A stretch of DNA of 63,008 bases from Actinomycetota bacterium (GTDB lineage: Bacteria; Actinomycetota; Acidimicrobiia; Acidimicrobiales; VFJN01): positions 1-63,008 of the forward strand of contig VFJN01000090.1 of NCBI GenBank assembly GCA_009886035.1. The letters run 5' to 3'. The stretch's first letter is position 1, and every line of letters begins with the position of its first letter. The position numbers and the translations under genes are program-made. Shown piece after piece: positions 38,006 to 48,069 of this stretch. The notes beneath the pieces are model-generated. The model saw only the letters and a list, made by a program, of their open reading frames with translations, ran no database searches and was not told the origin of the DNA.

Positions 38006-39997
38006 ATGTTCGCGTCTCTCGCCCTCACCGACGAACAGGAACGGGCCGCCACCCACGGTGGAGGGCATCTGCTCATCGTGGCCGGGGCCGGCACCGGCAA
38101 GACCACCACCCTGGCCGCCCGCCTGGCCCACCTGGTGGACACCGGCGTGGCCCCCGAACACATCCTGCTGCTCACCTTCAGCCGCCGGGCGGCCGCCGAG
38201 CTCACCCAGCGGGCCGAAGTGGTGATCGGGGCCCGCATCGCCGCCGCCTGCTGGAGTGGCACGTTCCACGCCATGGCCAACCGCTTCCTCCGCCGCTACG
38301 GGCGTGCCATCGCTCTGGACCCCAACTTCACCGTGCTCGATCAAGCCGATGCCGCCGACCTCCTGGCCTATTTGCGCGATGAGCAACAACCGGCGGATGG
38401 GCGGCGTCGCCGTCGCACCAACAAGGACGCGCTGGCCTCGATCTGGAGTCGCTGTGTCAACACCCGTCGTCCCCTCGTGGAGGTGCTCGAACGCTGGTAC
38501 CCGTGGTGTATCGACGACGCCGAGGAACTACGCGGCGTCTACGCGGCCTACGTTGAGCGCAAGCACACCCACTGCGTCCTCGATTACGACGACCTCCTCC
38601 TGCACTGGTGGGCGTTACTGCGTACCCCCAGCATCCGGCCTCTGGTGGCCGAGCAGGTAACCCACGTGCTGGTGGACGAGGTGCAAGATACCAATGTCCT
38701 CCAGGGCGATCTCCTCGCCGAGTTAGCGGCACTCGGCGCCACCATTACCGCCGTCGGCGACGATGCCCAGGCCATCTACGGATTCCGAGCCGCCACGGTG
38801 CGCAACATCCTGGATTTTCCCACCCGGTTCGGGGCCGAGGTGGTCACCCTGACCCGGAATCACCGCTCCACTCCCGAGGTTCTCGCCGCCGCCAACGCCG
38901 TGATGGCGCAAGCCGTCGAGCGGCATCCGAAAAATCTTCGCGCCGAACGTGCCTCCGGGGCCCGGCCGCGGCTCGTCACCGCCCACGATGAGCACGCGCA
39001 GGCCATCGGGGTGTGCGACGCCGTCGTGGAGCGCATGGAAGCCGGCGTGGCGTTGCAGCAGCAGGCCGTCCTGTTCCGCACCAGCCATCACAGCCAGGTC
39101 CTCCAGGTGGAGCTCACCATCCGTAACATCCCCTTCATCCTCTACGGCGGCCTCAAGTTCTTGGAGGCATCCCATGTGAAAGACCTCGTCTGTGCGCTCC
39201 GTCTGGTGGAAAATCCGGCCGACGATCTGGCCTGGTTCCGGGTGCTGCAGTTGATCGACGGCATCGGTCCCACCCATGCCAGGGCCATCACCGCCGCCCT
39301 CCATGGCCACGAAGCCATCGACAATCCCCACCTCGATCCCCTGCTCGCCGCGCTCGCCACGGCGCGCGCTCCCGCCTTACGCGCCACCCCGGGGGCCCAA
39401 GTGGCGGCGGTCCGGCGCTGGCTCGATGCCCGGGTGGAGCGGCGCCACCGCAACGGTGCCGCCCGCGCCGCCGATCTCGACCGCCTCGAACAGGCGGCCG
39501 GGACCGCCCCCAGCCTGGAGCGATTCCTCACCGAACTCACCCTCGACCCCCCCTCCTCCACCGGCGACCTCGCCGGCCCGCCCCATCTCGATGACGATTA
39601 CCTCACCTTGTCCACCATCCACTCAGCCAAGGGAGCCGAGTGGGATGTTGTGCACCTCATTCACCTGGCCGACGGATGCCTCCCGTCGGATATGGCCACC
39701 GGACATCCCGAGGAGATCGAGGAGGAGCGGCGCCTCCTCCATGTGGGCATGACCCGGGCCCGCGACGATCTCTGGCTCCATGTGCCATTGCGGTACCACC
39801 ACCACCGTCAGAACAGTCGCGGGCGCGATGCCCACAGCTACGCCCAACGTTCGCGGTTCCTCTCCCCCGCCGTGGCATCCGAGTGCGACGAGACCTTCAC
39901 CACTCCTCCCGCCCCCCCGGCGGAGACGCCGGCGCTGGCGGTGGCCCCGGCGGTGGCCGAGGTACGGGACTTCCTCGCCGGCCTCCTCGAGCGCTGA
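38006..39997 (+). CDS. UvrD/REP-family ATP-dependent DNA helicase
   Basis: Walker A 'GAGTGKTTTLA', motif II 'VLVDEVQDTN', 'VGDDAQAIYGFRAA', 'NHRST', 'TIHSAKGAEWDVV', 'EEERRLLHVGMTRAR'. 663 aa. Confidence 0.88.
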   Translation: MFASLALTDEQERAATHGGGHLLIVAGAGTGKTTTLAARLAHLVDTGVAPEHILLLTFSRRAAAELTQRAEVVIGARIAAACWSGTFHAMANRFLRRYGRAIALDPNFTVLDQADAADLLAYLRDEQQPADGRRRRRTNKDALASIWSRCVNTRRPLVEVLERWYPWCIDDAEELRGVYAAYVERKHTHCVLDYDDLLLHWWALLRTPSIRPLVAEQVTHVLVDEVQDTNVLQGDLLAELAALGATITAVGDDAQAIYGFRAATVRNILDFPTRFGAEVVTLTRNHRSTPEVLAAANAVMAQAVERHPKNLRAERASGARPRLVTAHDEHAQAIGVCDAVVERMEAGVALQQQAVLFRTSHHSQVLQVELTIRNIPFILYGGLKFLEASHVKDLVCALRLVENPADDLAWFRVLQLIDGIGPTHARAITAALHGHEAIDNPHLDPLLAALATARAPALRATPGAQVAAVRRWLDARVERRHRNGAARAADLDRLEQAAGTAPSLERFLTELTLDPPSSTGDLAGPPHLDDDYLTLSTIHSAKGAEWDVVHLIHLADGCLPSDMATGHPEEIEEERRLLHVGMTRARDDLWLHVPLRYHHHRQNSRGRDAHSYAQRSRFLSPAVASECDETFTTPPAPPAETPALAVAPAVAEVRDFLAGLLER

Positions 39998-40050
39998 GTG
40001 GGCGCCTATCACGCGTGCGGTAGGGCGAGGCGCGTATCGTTCGATGCTCC

Positions 40051-41238
40051 GTGAACGAACCGCCCATCCGCCGAGATCAACGTCGTGTGCACATACCAGC
40101 ACCGACCTCGGCGACCCCCCCGGCCGCTCCGCCGGCCGCGCCGCCTCGCCGCCCCGCCCCGGGCCGCTCCGTCTTCGGAACGCCCGCCGCCCCATCGGCC
40201 CGGCCGCCATCCCCCGCGTCCGGCCGGCCGACTCCGCCTCCGCCCCCCCAGAAACCACGGGCCGCCAAGCCATCTTCTCGCCGTCGGCGTCGCCCCAAAC
40301 TGCGTCGGATACTTCTCCTCACGTCGCTGATCCTGCCCATCGTGTTGCTGCTGGGCCTGCTCCTCGGATATCGCTACGCCTCCTCGGTTTACAACAACAT
40401 CGAAAAGATCCCCCTCGCCACTGTCCTTGATACCGGCGGCACTGGCACCAACTATTTGATCGTGGGTTCCGACTCGCGCGACCCCCAGGCGATCCTCGAT
40501 GCGGGGCTGAATCCCGCCGCCTTCGAGGACGGTGGCGGCGATCGCTCCGACACCATGCTCATCCTCCGGATGAAGGGTTCGACCGCCACGATGATGTCGA
40601 TACCTCGTGATCTCTACCTTCCCGTCGCTGATACCGGCGGCTCCCAAAAGATCAACGCCGCCTACAACGGCGGGCCGGCCCGCTTGGTGAAAACGATCCA
40701 GTCCTCGCTTGGTATCCCGATCAACCATTACATGGAGGTCGACTTCGTCAGCTTTGCCCGACTGGTGGACAGCCTCGGGGGCATCGTCATCGACTTCCCC
40801 AATGCGGCCATCGACACCAACTCCGGTCTGAACATCACCCAGGCCGGACCAAACCTGCTCGACGGACCCCAGGCGCTCTCCTACGTGCGCTCACGGCACT
40901 ACGAGGTGGTGGGAGGCAACGGCACCGTCGAGCCCATCGAGGTGGCCACCGACCTCGGGCGGGTGTTGCGCCAGCAGCGGTTCCTCACCACCGTCTTCGC
41001 CCGACTAGGGGCCACCAAGAATCCGATGGTGCTGGCCCGTGCCGCCGCTGACGGCAGTGATGGTCTGCGAATCGACGATTCGCTGGGCCTGATCGACGCG
41101 ATGCGACTGGGTTGGCAACTCCGCTCCCTCAACCCCACTTCGGTGGAGTTGCCGGTGACCAGTGGCCGCAACAAGTCGGGCGCGGTTCTCTTCTTGTCGC
41201 AACCGGGAGCCGATGCCGCCCTCGCTCAGTTTCGGTGA
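40051..41238 (+). CDS. LCP (LytR-CpsA-Psr) family cell-wall polymer ligase
   Basis: Pro-rich cytoplasmic N-terminus, one TM helix, then 'NYLIVGSDSRD', 'DRSDTMLILRM', 'SIPRDLY', 'KINAAYNGGP', 'INHYMEVDFVSFARLVDSLGG'. Confidence 0.88.
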   Translation: MNEPPIRRDQRRVHIPAPTSATPPAAPPAAPPRRPAPGRSVFGTPAAPSARPPSPASGRPTPPPPPQKPRAAKPSSRRRRRPKLRRILLLTSLILPIVLLLGLLLGYRYASSVYNNIEKIPLATVLDTGGTGTNYLIVGSDSRDPQAILDAGLNPAAFEDGGGDRSDTMLILRMKGSTATMMSIPRDLYLPVADTGGSQKINAAYNGGPARLVKTIQSSLGIPINHYMEVDFVSFARLVDSLGGIVIDFPNAAIDTNSGLNITQAGPNLLDGPQALSYVRSRHYEVVGGNGTVEPIEVATDLGRVLRQQRFLTTVFARLGATKNPMVLARAAADGSDGLRIDDSLGLIDAMRLGWQLRSLNPTSVELPVTSGRNKSGAVLFLSQPGADAALAQFR

Positions 41239-41245
41239 CCAGCCC

Positions 41246-42316
41246 TCACGCGGGGTAGGCGGCGACCTCAGTGGCTTTGACACTGACCCAGACCTCGGCG
41301 CCAACGCCCAGCGCCATCTCCGCCACGGCCGCCGCCGTTACCTCGGCCACCAGAGGCACCGGTCCCGCCACCTGTACCCGCACTCGTTCTCCGTATCCTT
41401 CGATGGCCGCGACGGTGCCGCCCCAGATGTTTCGGGGACTGCCGTCGGGGCGATGACGGTAGAGCGCCACCGCGCCGGGCCGGATGGCCACGAACACCGG
41501 GCCATCTCCCGGGGCCTCCGCCGCCCGAATGATCCCTCCCCCCGGCACGGCCAGGGCCACCCCGCGGGCCTGGGCCGGGAGCAGATTGGTGCCCCCCAAC
41601 TCCGCCGCCCAGGCGGTTCGCGGGCGCGCCACCAGATCGCTGAGCACGCCACGGTCGCTCACCTCCCCGTTCTCGATCACCACGACCCGGTCGGCCAACA
41701 CGGCGGCATCGAGGGGGTCGTGGGTCACCATCACGCACGGACCGTGGTGAGTGGCGAGGTGGTCGCGCAGCTCTCGGCGCACCGCCGCCCGCTGGTAAGA
41801 GTCGAGGGCAGCCAGGGGTTCGTCGAGGAGTAACACCATCGGCGCCGGGGCCAATGAGCGGGCCAACGCCACCCGCTGGGCTTCCCCCCCCGACAACGCG
41901 GCCACCGCGTCGTTGGCCCGCCCTTCCAGTCCCATGCGCGCCAGCCAGTCGAGTGCTTCTCGGCGAGCGGCGCGACGGGCGGTGCCACCGGCGCGCAGAC
42001 CGAAGGCCACGTTGTCGGCTACGTCAAGAGCATCGAAGAGCCGCAGGTCCTGGAACACCACCCCGATGGACCGGTCCTCGGGAGGGACGAAGGTGGCCGT
42101 GGCGGGCTCGTCGAGCACCTCCACTCCCAAACAGAGGCGGCCCTCGGTGAGCGGCGACAGACCGCACAACACCCGCAGCAGGGTCGTCTTCCCCGCCCCG
42201 TTGGGCCCAAGCACCGCCACGGTTTCCCCCGGCTCCACCATCAGATCCACCTGGAGGTGCCCGTCCCCCATGGGGGCCCCTCCCGCCAGGGCCAACCTCA
42301 TGTTCCCCCCAGCCAA
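41246..42316 (-). CDS. modC: Molybdate ABC transporter ATP-binding protein with C-terminal TOBE domain
   Basis: Walker A 'GPNGAGKTT', signature 'LSGGEAQRVALARSL', Walker B 'LLLDEP'. C-terminal TOBE-like 'GERVRVQVAG...EVWVSVKATEVAAYP'. Confidence 0.82.
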   Translation of the reverse strand: MAGGNMRLALAGGAPMGDGHLQVDLMVEPGETVAVLGPNGAGKTTLLRVLCGLSPLTEGRLCLGVEVLDEPATATFVPPEDRSIGVVFQDLRLFDALDVADNVAFGLRAGGTARRAARREALDWLARMGLEGRANDAVAALSGGEAQRVALARSLAPAPMVLLLDEPLAALDSYQRAAVRRELRDHLATHHGPCVMVTHDPLDAAVLADRVVVIENGEVSDRGVLSDLVARPRTAWAAELGGTNLLPAQARGVALAVPGGGIIRAAEAPGDGPVFVAIRPGAVALYRHRPDGSPRNIWGGTVAAIEGYGERVRVQVAGPVPLVAEVTAAAVAEMALGVGAEVWVSVKATEVAAYPA

Positions 42317-43122
42317 TGATCCCGCAACGAAGCGAGGACGGTGACCGACACGCCGAGCAGCACGAGGCTGAGCAAAATGGCGGTTGGCTCGTCGGTCTTG
42401 AGGGCTTGGTTGATGGCCAGCGGCATCGTGCGGGTGCGGCCCTCAAAACTCCCGGCGAAGGTGATGGTGGCCCCGAATTCGCCGAGTGCCCGGGCCCACG
42501 ACAAGGCCGCTCCCGCGCCCAGAGCGCCGCGTATCGAGGGCAACGTCAGGCGCGTCAACACCATGCCTCGGGAAGCACCGAGGGTGAGGGCGGCGTCCTC
42601 GTAGCGACGGTCCGCGCCCCGCAACGCCGACTCCACGGTGATCACAAAGAAGGGCAGGCTCACGAAGGTGGCCGCTACCACCGCCGCCGCGGTCGTGAAG
42701 GCCAGTTGGATACCGAACCAGCGGTCGAGCCACTGGCCCACCAACCCGTCCGGGCCGAAGGCCAACAGGAGCGCCACCCCGCCCACCACCGGCGGTACCA
42801 CCATCGGCAGGGTCACAAGCGCCCGAGCCACCCGACGCCCCGGGAAGGCCACCCGCGCCAGCAGCCAGGCGATGGGAAACCCAAAGCCCACGCTGAGCAG
42901 GAGAGCCCAACCTGAGACCACGAGCGAGAGCCGTAGCGCCCGCCGGTTGGCCGGTTGGGCGAGGATCTCACCGGCGGAGGACCACGGGGCCCGGGCCACG
43001 AGGGCCACCACGGGAATCACCACCAAGACCAGCAGGGCTGCCCCCCCCACCGCGGCGAGTAGCCCGGTACTCAGGCCTCGGCGGACACGCCGGGGATGCC
43101 CAACGGTGCGATGCGGTGCCAT
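42298..43122 (-). CDS. modB: Molybdate ABC transporter permease
   Basis: 'ARALGEFGATITFAGSFEGRTRTMPLAI' is the ModB-type EAA loop. About 274 aa from the ATG at 43122. Overlaps modC by 19 nt. Confidence 0.85.
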   Translation of the reverse strand: MAPHRTVGHPRRVRRGLSTGLLAAVGGAALLVLVVIPVVALVARAPWSSAGEILAQPANRRALRLSLVVSGWALLLSVGFGFPIAWLLARVAFPGRRVARALVTLPMVVPPVVGGVALLLAFGPDGLVGQWLDRWFGIQLAFTTAAAVVAATFVSLPFFVITVESALRGADRRYEDAALTLGASRGMVLTRLTLPSIRGALGAGAALSWARALGEFGATITFAGSFEGRTRTMPLAINQALKTDEPTAILLSLVLLGVSVTVLASLRDHWLGGT

Positions 43123-43165
43123 CGCTCCCAGGGTAGTCAGGTTTTGACTACAAGGGAGACGGTGG

Positions 43166-43693
43166 TTGGATAGGGGGATGGACCGCTCCCCGGAGACGCG
43201 CCGCCTCACCGAATGGGTGCTCCTCGGCCTGCTTGATGAGAGCCCCAACCACGGCTTTGCCCTTGCTCGCCTCCTGGGCCGAGGCGGAGAGATTGGGCGG
43301 GTGTGGGCGGCCAGTCGGCCCCTCACCTACCGGGCCATCGAGCAACTGGTGGCCGCCGATCTCATCACCCCGGCCCGCACCGAAGCAGGCGACGGACCGG
43401 TGCGCACGGTGTATCGACTCCGTCCCGCCGGCCGACGGGCGGTACGTCAGTGGCTGGCGACCCCCGTAGCCCGCTTCCGGGATGTCCGAGCCGAGTTGAT
43501 CGTGAAACTTCTGCTGCTGGAGCGATCCAATCGGTCCACCGCCCCTTTGCTCAGGGACCAGCGACGGGCCTTCGCCGATGCATTGGCCCTCGCCCAGGGC
43601 ACCGTCGAAACCGATGCCGTGAGTCGCTGGCGCCGCAGCCAGGCCCACGCCATCGAGGCCTTCCTCGAATCAGGGACCGCCCCGTTGGGTTAG
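43166..43693 (+). CDS. PadR-family transcriptional regulator
   Basis: Winged-helix 'VLLGLLDESPNHGFALARLL...YRAIEQLVAADLI...VYRLRPAGRRAVRQWL'. Divergent from modB with a 43-bp spacer. Confidence 0.78.
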   Translation: MDRGMDRSPETRRLTEWVLLGLLDESPNHGFALARLLGRGGEIGRVWAASRPLTYRAIEQLVAADLITPARTEAGDGPVRTVYRLRPAGRRAVRQWLATPVARFRDVRAELIVKLLLLERSNRSTAPLLRDQRRAFADALALAQGTVETDAVSRWRRSQAHAIEAFLESGTAPLG

Positions 43694-43778
43694 CCCGGCG
43701 GCTGTCGGCGGCGCCCTGACCATTCGGGGGGGAAGGCGTCAGGGGTGACACCGCCCACCGGCCGGAGCGAACCAATGC

Positions 43779-44204
43779 TCACGCGTCCACGGTCACCTGG
43801 AGAACCCGGTCGACGAAATCGGCGACGCCGCTCGCCAGCTTGTCGCGCCGAATCAGCTGGCCGCCGAGCACCTCAGCCCCCAAGGCGGTGGCCGCGTCGG
43901 ACATTTTGGTGAGGGCCCTCCCCGGATCGATGGCGTAGGTAAGAAACACGATGGTTCGCTTTCCGGCCAGGGCCGGCAGGGCGCGAATCCGACCCAGGCG
44001 ACCGGGCCGCTGTCCGACGAGGAGGAGCCCATCCACCCAACTGCCCAGAATCACCACGTCCGCGTTGGACAGCGCCTGGTAATCGATCTGGGTCATGGGG
44101 AACGCCGAGGTGGGAAGCCCCCGCTCGCTCAGGCCCGCGGCGATGGCATAGCCAGCCTTGGCCGTGTTCCCGGTGAGGCTCTCAAAGATCACGACGGCTT
44201 CCAT
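43779..44204 (-). CDS. Flavodoxin-like fold protein
   Basis: 'AVVIFESLTGNTAKAGYAIAAGL' (flavodoxin phosphate-binding-loop-like) and 'ADVVILGSWV'. 141 aa. Confidence 0.6.
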   Translation of the reverse strand: MEAVVIFESLTGNTAKAGYAIAAGLSERGLPTSAFPMTQIDYQALSNADVVILGSWVDGLLLVGQRPGRLGRIRALPALAGKRTIVFLTYAIDPGRALTKMSDAATALGAEVLGGQLIRRDKLASGVADFVDRVLQVTVDA

Positions 44205-44225
44205 AGCGGCCTTTCTCGTCCCTGC

Positions 44226-45185
44226 TCAGCGGGCGGCTTGTTTGATGCGGGCCATGACGTCCTCGGTGAGTTGGGGCATCACCTCGAGGGCCACCATGTT
44301 CTCCTGCACCTGTTCCACACAACTCGCCCCGGTGATCACCGTAGAGACATGAGGGTTCTTGGCGCACCAGGCCAGGGAAAGTTGCGACAGGGTGCAATCG
44401 AGTTCCTCGGCGATCTGGGCCAGCGCCTTCACCTTCGCGTTGCGGCCTTCGTCGATGAGCATGTCCCGGAGCCACTCATAGCCCGGCAGCGTGGCCCGGC
44501 TCCCCTCGGGAATGCCGTTCAGGTACTTGCCCGACAGGAGCCCCGACGCCAGCGGACTCCAGGTGGTGAGCCCGAGGCCGATGTCTTCGTAGAGACGGGC
44601 GTACTCCCGCTCCACCCGCTTGCGTTCGAGAATGTTGTACTGCGGTTGTTCCATCACTGGCTTGCGGAGGTGGTATTTGTCGGCGATGTCCCACGCCGCC
44701 CGGATCTCATCCGCCGACCATTCCGAGGTACCCCAATAGAGGGCCTTTCCCTGATCGATGATGTCCGACATCGCCCACACCGTCTCTTCAATCGGTGTCT
44801 GCGGGTCGGGCCGGTGGCAGAACAGCAGATCCACGAAATCGAGACCGAAGCGCTGGAGCGACCCGTCCACCGAATGCATGAGGTACTTGCGGTTCAGCGT
44901 GTTGCGAGTGTTCACCCCTTCGGTAAGCCCCCAAAACACCTTGGTGGACACCACGTAGGTCTCGCGGGCCCACCCGAGTTGGGCAATGGCCTCCCCCATG
45001 ATCCGTTCGGATTCGCCCCCGGCGTACGCCTCTGCGTTGTCAAAGAAGTTCACGCCGCCGTCGTGGGCGGCCTCGATACAATCCCGGGCCTTCCCTACGT
45101 CGAGTTGGGGTCCGAAGGAAACCCAGGAGCCGAAGGAGAGGACACTTACTTTGAGGCCGGAACGGCCCAGTCGTCGATATTCCAT
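44226..45185 (-). CDS. Aldo/keto reductase (Kv-beta-subunit-like)
   Basis: '[21 protein letters not shown]', '[14 protein letters not shown]', 'DLLFCHRPD', 'YWGTSEW', 'EQPQYN'. 319 aa. Confidence 0.9.
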   Translation of the reverse strand: MEYRRLGRSGLKVSVLSFGSWVSFGPQLDVGKARDCIEAAHDGGVNFFDNAEAYAGGESERIMGEAIAQLGWARETYVVSTKVFWGLTEGVNTRNTLNRKYLMHSVDGSLQRFGLDFVDLLFCHRPDPQTPIEETVWAMSDIIDQGKALYWGTSEWSADEIRAAWDIADKYHLRKPVMEQPQYNILERKRVEREYARLYEDIGLGLTTWSPLASGLLSGKYLNGIPEGSRATLPGYEWLRDMLIDEGRNAKVKALAQIAEELDCTLSQLSLAWCAKNPHVSTVITGASCVEQVQENMVALEVMPQLTEDVMARIKQAAR

Positions 45186-46114
45186 TGTCCCTTTCTACCG
45201 CTTACCCTGCCGATATGGTTTCTGAACTGTTCGATGCCGATGCCTGGGACGCCGTGGAAGGCTTCGACCTCACCGACATCACCTACCACCGGTCCAGGCA
45301 CCACGGCACCGTGCGGGTGGCCTTCAACCGACCCGAGGTACGCAACGCCTTTCGACCGGACACGGTCGATGAGTTGTACCGGGTGCTCGACCATGCCCGC
45401 CAGAGCCCCGACGTGGGCTGCGTGCTGCTCACTGGCAACGGCCCGTCGCCCAAAGACGGGGGCTGGGCGTTTTGCTCGGGCGGCGACCAACGCATCCGGG
45501 GTGCCGACGGGTATCGCTACGCGCAGGGCGATACGGCGAGCACCATCGACCCCACCCAGACCGGCCGTCTGCACATCCTGGAGGTGCAGCGCCTCATCCG
45601 CTTCATGCCCAAGATCGTGATCGCCGTGGTTCCCGGCTGGGCCGCCGGGGGTGGCCACAGCCTGCATGTGGTGGCCGACCTCACCCTGGCCTCCCAGGAG
45701 CATGCGCGGTTCAAACAGACCGACGCCGATGTGGCCAGTTTCGACGGCGGGTTCGGCTCGGCCTACCTGGCCCGCCAAGTAGGGCAGAAGTTTGCCCGGG
45801 AGATCTTCTTCCTCGGCGAGGAGTACAGCGCCGCCGATGCCCACCGGATGGGCATGGTGAACGCCGTGGTGCCCCATGCCGACCTCGAGCGGGTGGCGTT
45901 GGAGTGGGGAGCCAAGGTGAACGCCAAGAGCCCCACCGCCCAGCGAATGCTGAAGTACAGCTTCAACCTCATCGACGACGGCCTGGTGGGCCAGCAACTC
46001 TTCGCCGGGGAGGCCACCCGCCTGGCCTACATGACCGAAGAAGCCACCGAAGGCCGCGACAGTTTTCTCGAAAAGCGGGAGCCCAACTGGGCCCCGTACC
46101 CCTGGCACTACTAG
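45185..46114 (+). CDS. menB: 1,4-dihydroxy-2-naphthoyl-CoA synthase
   Basis: '[24 protein letters not shown]', '[26 protein letters not shown]', '[13 protein letters not shown]', '[14 protein letters not shown]'. An alternative ATG at 45215 is perhaps more likely. Confidence 0.92.
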   Translation: MSLSTAYPADMVSELFDADAWDAVEGFDLTDITYHRSRHHGTVRVAFNRPEVRNAFRPDTVDELYRVLDHARQSPDVGCVLLTGNGPSPKDGGWAFCSGGDQRIRGADGYRYAQGDTASTIDPTQTGRLHILEVQRLIRFMPKIVIAVVPGWAAGGGHSLHVVADLTLASQEHARFKQTDADVASFDGGFGSAYLARQVGQKFAREIFFLGEEYSAADAHRMGMVNAVVPHADLERVALEWGAKVNAKSPTAQRMLKYSFNLIDDGLVGQQLFAGEATRLAYMTEEATEGRDSFLEKREPNWAPYPWHY

Positions 46115-46120
46115 GTCGGG

Positions 46121-47968
46121 TCAGTCCGCCGACTTGGCCCGCTTGGCGCTCCGGGCCCGGGTGGTTTGGTCGAGGATCACCTTCCGCAGGCGCACGCTGG
46201 AGGGCGTCACCTCCACACACTCATCTTCGGCAATCAGTTCGAGGGCCTGCTCCAGCGACAGCGCCCGCGGCGGAATGAGTTTCTCGAACGCCTCCGCCGT
46301 GGAGGAGCGAATATTGTTGAGTTTCTTCTCTTTGGTCGGGTTGATGTCCATGTCGTCGGATCGAGAGTTCTCCCCCACGATCATCCCCTCGTAGACCGGC
46401 ACCCCCGGGCCCACAAACATCACTCCCCGCTCCTGGAGGGCGGTCAGGGCGAAGCCGGTGGTGGGGCCAATCCGGTCGGCCACCAATGATCCGTTGGGCC
46501 GCCCCTTGATCTCCCCGGCCCACGGCTCCATGCGCTCGAACACATGGTGCAAGAGCCCCGTGCCGCGGGTCTCGGTGATGAACTCGGTGCGGAACCCGAT
46601 CAAACCTCGCGCCGGCACGAGGTACTCCATGCGCACCCAGCCCGTGCCGTGGTTGATGATCTGTTCCATGCGCCCCTTGCGTAGGGCCAGCAACTGGGTG
46701 ACCACCCCGAGGAAGTCTTCCGGCACGTCGATGGTGAGCCGGTCGACGGGCTCGTGAATCTTTCCGTCGATCTCCTTGGTGAGCACCTGGGGCTTGCCCA
46801 CCGTGAGTTCGAATCCCTCGCGGCGCATCATCTCCACCAATACCGCCAGTTGCAACTCGCCGCGACCCTGCACCTCCCAGGTGTCGGGCCGCTCGGTGGG
46901 CAGCACCCGGATGCTCACATTGCCCACCAGTTCACGATCGAGGCGGGCCTTTACGAGGCGGGCGGTGAGGAGCTTGCCCTCCTTGCCGGCGAGAGGCGAG
47001 GTATTGATGCCGATCGTCATCGACAAGCTCGGCTCGTCGATGTGGATCACCGGCAGGGGTCGTGGATCGTTCACATCGGTGAGGGTTTCCCCGATGGTGA
47101 TCTCCGGGATCCCGGCGATGGCGATGATCTCCCCCGGGCCCACCTCCTCGGCCGCCACGCGCTCCAGTTCTTCGGTGATGAACAATTCGGTGATCTTGGC
47201 TCGTTCGGTGGTGCCATCGGCCCGACACCACGCCACCGTGTCGCCCTTGTGCAGATGACCGTTCATGATTCGACACAACGCCACCCGACCCAGATACGGG
47301 GAGGAGTCCAGGTTCGTCACGAGGGCCTGGAAGGGGGCTTCGGGATCGAACTCAGGGGCGGGAATCCGCTCGATCAGGAGGTCGAGGAGGGGCTTCAGGG
47401 TGGCGCCATCGGGGAGTCCGGCGCCGTCGGCGGGCCGTTCCATGGACGCCTTTCCCTCCCGGGAAACGCAGTAGACGATCGGGAAGTCAAGTTGGTCGAG
47501 GTCGGCTTCGAGGTCGAGGAAGAGTTCCTCCACCTCGTGCACCACCTCGGCGATGCGGGCGTCGGCCCGGTCTACCTTGTTGACCACCAAGACCACCGGC
47601 AACTTGGCCTCCAGCGCCTTGCGCAGCACGAAGCGCGTCTGGGGCAGCGGACCTTCCGAGGCGTCCACCAGGAGCAACACCCCATCCACCATCGACAGAC
47701 CCCGCTCCACCTCGCCACCAAAATCGGCGTGACCGGGAGTGTCGATGATGTTGATCTTCACGTCGCCGTAGGCCACCGAGGTGTTTTTGGCGAGAATGGT
47801 GATCCCTTTCTCCCGCTCGAGGTCCATCGAGTCCATGACGCGCTCGTTCACGTCCTGGTTCGACCGGAAGGCACCGGACTGCCAGAGCATCTTGTCCACA
47901 AGGGTGGTCTTACCGTGATCAACGTGGGCCACAATGGCCACGTTGCGGAGGTCGGCGCGAGTCGCCAT
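46121..47968 (-). CDS. typA: Translational GTPase TypA/BipA
   Basis: '[19 protein letters not shown]', '[16 protein letters not shown]', 'VVNKVDR'. About 615 aa from the ATG at 47968; the N-terminal extension in the ORF track is Arg/Pro-rich and implausible. Confidence 0.95.
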   Translation of the reverse strand: MATRADLRNVAIVAHVDHGKTTLVDKMLWQSGAFRSNQDVNERVMDSMDLEREKGITILAKNTSVAYGDVKINIIDTPGHADFGGEVERGLSMVDGVLLLVDASEGPLPQTRFVLRKALEAKLPVVLVVNKVDRADARIAEVVHEVEELFLDLEADLDQLDFPIVYCVSREGKASMERPADGAGLPDGATLKPLLDLLIERIPAPEFDPEAPFQALVTNLDSSPYLGRVALCRIMNGHLHKGDTVAWCRADGTTERAKITELFITEELERVAAEEVGPGEIIAIAGIPEITIGETLTDVNDPRPLPVIHIDEPSLSMTIGINTSPLAGKEGKLLTARLVKARLDRELVGNVSIRVLPTERPDTWEVQGRGELQLAVLVEMMRREGFELTVGKPQVLTKEIDGKIHEPVDRLTIDVPEDFLGVVTQLLALRKGRMEQIINHGTGWVRMEYLVPARGLIGFRTEFITETRGTGLLHHVFERMEPWAGEIKGRPNGSLVADRIGPTTGFALTALQERGVMFVGPGVPVYEGMIVGENSRSDDMDINPTKEKKLNNIRSSTAEAFEKLIPPRALSLEQALELIAEDECVEVTPSSVRLRKVILDQTTRARSAKRAKSAD

Positions 47969-48069
47969 GGGCGAGGTTCCTTCGGTCTGCGGGGGGTTGA
48001 TCAGACTACGGGTTGCCCTGGTTCCGACCCTCATCGACCCCCGGCCCCGTCGACCATGATGGGGGGGTG

